DNA of 32,000 bases. It comes from Gemmata algarum. Its GTDB lineage: Bacteria; Planctomycetota; Planctomycetia; Gemmatales; Gemmataceae. How positions within the stretch are numbered: position 1 is the stretch's first letter; every line of letters begins with the position of its first letter. Below the pieces are notes generated by a model, which was not told the DNA's origin, did not search any database, and saw nothing but the letters and a program-made list of their open reading frames with translations. A program made the translations under genes and the position numbers. Below, piece by piece: positions 29,062 to 32,000 of this stretch. The DNA lies in contig NZ_JAXBLV010000001.1 of assembly GCF_034097035.1 (NCBI RefSeq), positions 155,848 through 187,847 on the forward strand. The letters run 5' to 3'.

Positions 29062-32000
29062 TCACACTGTGACAACCGATTTCACCGGCGCGGCTGTTTG
29101 GACCCACCGCTCCAAAATCTGCCGCAGGTCTGGTGCGGGCTGTCCGTTCGACCCGGCCGCAAAGTGGTGGCGTTCGATCTCGGCAAGATCCTGATCCAGC
29201 GCGGCGCGCTGTGACGAGCTCAGATCCGTGCGCTCACGTACCTCTCGTAGGAGGGCGGCCGCGGTAAACGGGTCGAGGTTCTTGGGCAACCGGCTCTCAA
29301 CCGTTGCGCGCGTCGCTGTTCGTGACACGACCACCGCAACCACCACGGCAGCCAGTACGAACGCTGCGATCAATCCGGCCAACACATACCAAAGCAGCAT
29401 GCTCTTCTTCTTGCCGTAGGTCTGCTCCAGTGGCACCTCCTCACTCACCGAAGCGAGGTCCGCGTCCACATAGCGTTGGTACACGGTCTCCTTGGTCGGC
29501 ACCTTAACCGAAGCGAACTTGAACGTCTTCGGGAGCTGAGCCCGGTCCTCGCGCCCCTTCAGCGTGAGCGTCCACGCTTGCTCCGAAACCACCGCGTTGC
29601 GATCGCCGTCCTCATCGAACTTCTTCACGCCCAACCCGTTCGTTTCCGTCTTGGTTACTTCAAAGCCCTCCGGGACATAGTCGCCCGCAAGTTCCGACCA
29701 CTCCGGCACGAGCCCGACGCCAACCGCTTTCACCTCAAGCAACAGCACGCCCTTATCGGCCTGACGCTCGTCGAGCGTCTGCGTGACCGACAGCTTCTCC
29801 ACCGGACGCGGCTCGCCCAAGGCAGTGCGCGCGCTGATCGGAACGGCCGGCGTCTCGACCGGCATCACGACGTAGCCCGACGTTTCCAGAAAGTCGAGAT
29901 CCAGCCGCAGCGGCGGAATCTTGTCCACCTGGGGGCCACGCGGCTTGAGCAGGACGTATGCGTATGGGGTGTACCGCCACCCGAACTCGCCGGCGGCCGC
30001 CCGCGACGTTACCTTTTCGTCCTGGAACGTCACCGACACCACCTCGAACTGCTCCTTGAGGGCGGTTCGTGCGGCGGACTCGAACCGGTCGCGGTAGTCC
30101 GCGGTCGGGCGGCCGTAGTTGTAGGAGTAGGACATACTGTTCTGGTTCTGGAGGTACCGGCCGAACCCGCCCGACTCGCGTTCGATGTCGCGCGTGTGCT
30201 TGAGGTTCACGAACAGCCCGAACGGGCGCCCGTGGCCCACCTCGCTCGACCCGTCGACCACCGCCTCCAGCTTGATCTCGGTGACGAGGTCCTTGTAGTA
30301 ATCGAACACCTTCTTCGCCTCGGCCGCCTGCTTGTGATCCTCAACGATCTGGAACCCGGCCTTGAGGTAGTTGAACTTCACGTGCGGCTTGGCGCCGCTC
30401 ATCTTGATGAAGAGGTTGTTCGCGAACTTGCCCATGTGCTTCTCGGCAAGATCGCCGGGCAGCGCGAGGATGGCCGCGCGGATGAGCGGCGGCTGGGTCC
30501 AGTCCGGCTGCTTCTCCTCCGAGATCATGCCCAGATCGACGGCCCCGAGCCCCGCCGCGAACCACTGCTCGTGTACAGACGTGGTGTGTTCGTCCTCGGG
30601 CATGGTGCGGACCGCCTTCGCGTACTCCTCCGCGGCTTGGCGGTACGTCTTGAGTGCAGCGGTGCGCTTCGCGGAGAAATCGGACGACTTGTTCAGCTCC
30701 TGGCGGAAGTTGATCTCGTCGTGCATCAGCCCCGCCCGGGCGGCGAGCAGCACCCAGTGGCCCGGGAACTTCTTCAGGCCGTCGGCCACCACTGCCTGCG
30801 CCACCTCGTACCCGCGGAGCACCTCCGCCTCAATGTCCTTCTTTTTGCGTTTGGTCTTGTTCTGCTCCTGGTTCGCTGGCGACTTCCACAAACCAGCAAG
30901 GTTGGTGCGCATCTGATCGGCCAAGCCAGCAAGCGTCTTCGGCTTAAGCCCGCCGAGTGGCCCGAACACGGCCTCGATCGCCTCGGTGCGGTACACCTCG
31001 GCGGAGCTGTGGCACGCGGTAAACGCTCGCACCACGGCCTCGTCGTCGAGGTCGCCGGCGCTCCCGGGCAGCTTCTTGATGCGGGCCACCCAGCCGGCCA
31101 GTTCCTTCAGGTTCCGCTCCTGCTTCGAGCGGGTCAGCGGAATGCTCTCGGCCCGCTGCTCGAAGGCAAAGAAGAACCACGAGTAGCGGTTCTCGTTACG
31201 GCTCGCGTTCGGGTCGTGGTTGCGGGTCCACACCCGTAGAAACTCCTTCACCAGCCCTTTCGCTTCGGTGGGCTGAGCACCGGCGAGTTGCTCGATGAGC
31301 GGAAACGCCTTATCCTCCTCGTTCGCCTTCAAGTGCAGCCGGGCCACCGATTCGGCCAGTTTGGGGCGCAGTGACTCGTCGATCGCCGCGAGCCACGCGG
31401 CGTCGGGAGCGGCCTTGATGATGTCCGCGACCAAGATCGGACGCGGCATGTTCGGCTGTTGCATCATCATCATGCGCGACATCTGGTCGTCCTCGTCCCC
31501 CGACGAAAAGAAGATGTTGCCGTACATGTCGCGGCGGAGCCGCGAGCCCCCGGACGAGCGGTCGAACCGCTGCGAAAAGTCGGCCTCCTTTTGCCACCCG
31601 AGCGCGAGCACCGTGAGTGCCGCCTTCCACTCCCTGACTTTCCCTGGAGCAGCCTTCAGCAGCGCCGTTACGGCCGTCTGCGACAGCTTGAGCGCGTTCA
31701 ACCGTTCCTCAATCGCGTGCGGGCGTGTTGACAACCCACGTGACACCAGCGTGCCGACTGACGCCAGGATCTCTTGGCCCCGCTCGGGGTTCTTGGTGAA
31801 GCTCGCACCGAGCCACTCTTGACCGAGCTCGTCCTTCAGTCGCGGGGCCAACTCAACGGCGCGCACCAGCGCTTCCTCTTTCTCCTCTGCGACACCGTCC
31901 GGAACGCTCATTACGGCCTGTACGGCCGCCCACCCGCGCTCTAAATTACCTGACTTGGACTCCTTCGCGTGCAGCGCCAAAAAGTATCGAGTGAGCAGGT
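29062..32000 (-). CDS. Large hypothetical protein with C-terminal TM helix, partial (N-terminus probably beyond the window)
   Basis: The frame stays open to the window edge, and the track start at 31980 is a TTG. A TM segment (MLLWYVLAGLIAAFVLAAVVVAVVV) lies about 90 aa from the C-terminus. No family is recognised with confidence. Confidence 0.7.
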   Translation of the reverse strand, partial: LLTRYFLALHAKESKSGNLERGWAAVQAVMSVPDGVAEEKEEALVRAVELAPRLKDELGQEWLGASFTKNPERGQEILASVGTLVSRGLSTRPHAIEERLNALKLSQTAVTALLKAAPGKVREWKAALTVLALGWQKEADFSQRFDRSSGGSRLRRDMYGNIFFSSGDEDDQMSRMMMMQQPNMPRPILVADIIKAAPDAAWLAAIDESLRPKLAESVARLHLKANEEDKAFPLIEQLAGAQPTEAKGLVKEFLRVWTRNHDPNASRNENRYSWFFFAFEQRAESIPLTRSKQERNLKELAGWVARIKKLPGSAGDLDDEAVVRAFTACHSSAEVYRTEAIEAVFGPLGGLKPKTLAGLADQMRTNLAGLWKSPANQEQNKTKRKKKDIEAEVLRGYEVAQAVVADGLKKFPGHWVLLAARAGLMHDEINFRQELNKSSDFSAKRTAALKTYRQAAEEYAKAVRTMPEDEHTTSVHEQWFAAGLGAVDLGMISEEKQPDWTQPPLIRAAILALPGDLAEKHMGKFANNLFIKMSGAKPHVKFNYLKAGFQIVEDHKQAAEAKKVFDYYKDLVTEIKLEAVVDGSSEVGHGRPFGLFVNLKHTRDIERESGGFGRYLQNQNSMSYSYNYGRPTADYRDRFESAARTALKEQFEVVSVTFQDEKVTSRAAAGEFGWRYTPYAYVLLKPRGPQVDKIPPLRLDLDFLETSGYVVMPVETPAVPISARTALGEPRPVEKLSVTQTLDERQADKGVLLLEVKAVGVGLVPEWSELAGDYVPEGFEVTKTETNGLGVKKFDEDGDRNAVVSEQAWTLTLKGREDRAQLPKTFKFASVKVPTKETVYQRYVDADLASVSEEVPLEQTYGKKKSMLLWYVLAGLIAAFVLAAVVVAVVVSRTATRATVESRLPKNLDPFTAAALLREVRERTDLSSSQRAALDQDLAEIERHHFAAGSNGQPAPDLRQILERWVQTAAPVKSVVTV

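Noticed and set aside
29476-31239. 587-aa plus-strand ORF antisense to the large 29062..32000 gene
   Set aside because: It is the same kind of high-GC antisense artefact, with Arg/Leu/Pro-rich low-complexity translation. The minus-strand product has balanced composition and a clear TM segment.

Overview
The window has two parts. Part 1 (about 1-18885) is the right-hand portion of a prophage-like integrative element. Its G+C is heterogeneous and by eye lower than the rest, and it ends beside the 3' end of a minus-strand tRNA-Leu(CAA). It encodes a 1054-aa collagen-repeat tail-fibre-like protein, a replication module (RHH protein, DUF669/SSB-like protein, P-loop replicative ATPase, zinc-ribbon plus sigma-70 region-4 protein), a large serine recombinase and an HNH/NUMOD4 endonuclease. 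It also carries an accessory load: LRR protein, stand-alone biotinyl/lipoyl-like domain, FHA protein, PilZ protein, and five members of two paralog families typical of Gemmata-like Planctomycetes (TIGR02996-type). The strongest non-genic signal is a 29-30 bp motif, CTACCTTTCTCCCAA-N3-4-CCTACTTGCATC. It occurs seven times, only in intergenic regions of the element, and always points at the next gene on its strand. Twice it occurs as inverted pairs in divergent control regions. One of these, 8338-8870, also holds an 18-bp palindrome and a 25-bp inverted repeat built from 9-mer repeats. A (GAAGT)10 microsatellite lies directly upstream of one gene. Part 2 (about 18967-32000) is high-GC chromosome. 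It begins with about 1.3 kb without a credible ORF, containing a 22-bp hairpin and a MITE-like inverted-repeat structure. Next is a minus-strand formate-dehydrogenase-N-like operon whose catalytic subunit is interrupted by an in-frame TGA that reads as selenocysteine with a SECIS-like hairpin, followed by a 4Fe-4S subunit and an NrfD-type membrane subunit. A divergent sensor kinase plus sigma-54-dependent NtrC-type regulator pair follows, then a large membrane-anchored hypothetical protein running off the window. All family assignments come from motifs read by eye; no database search was run.
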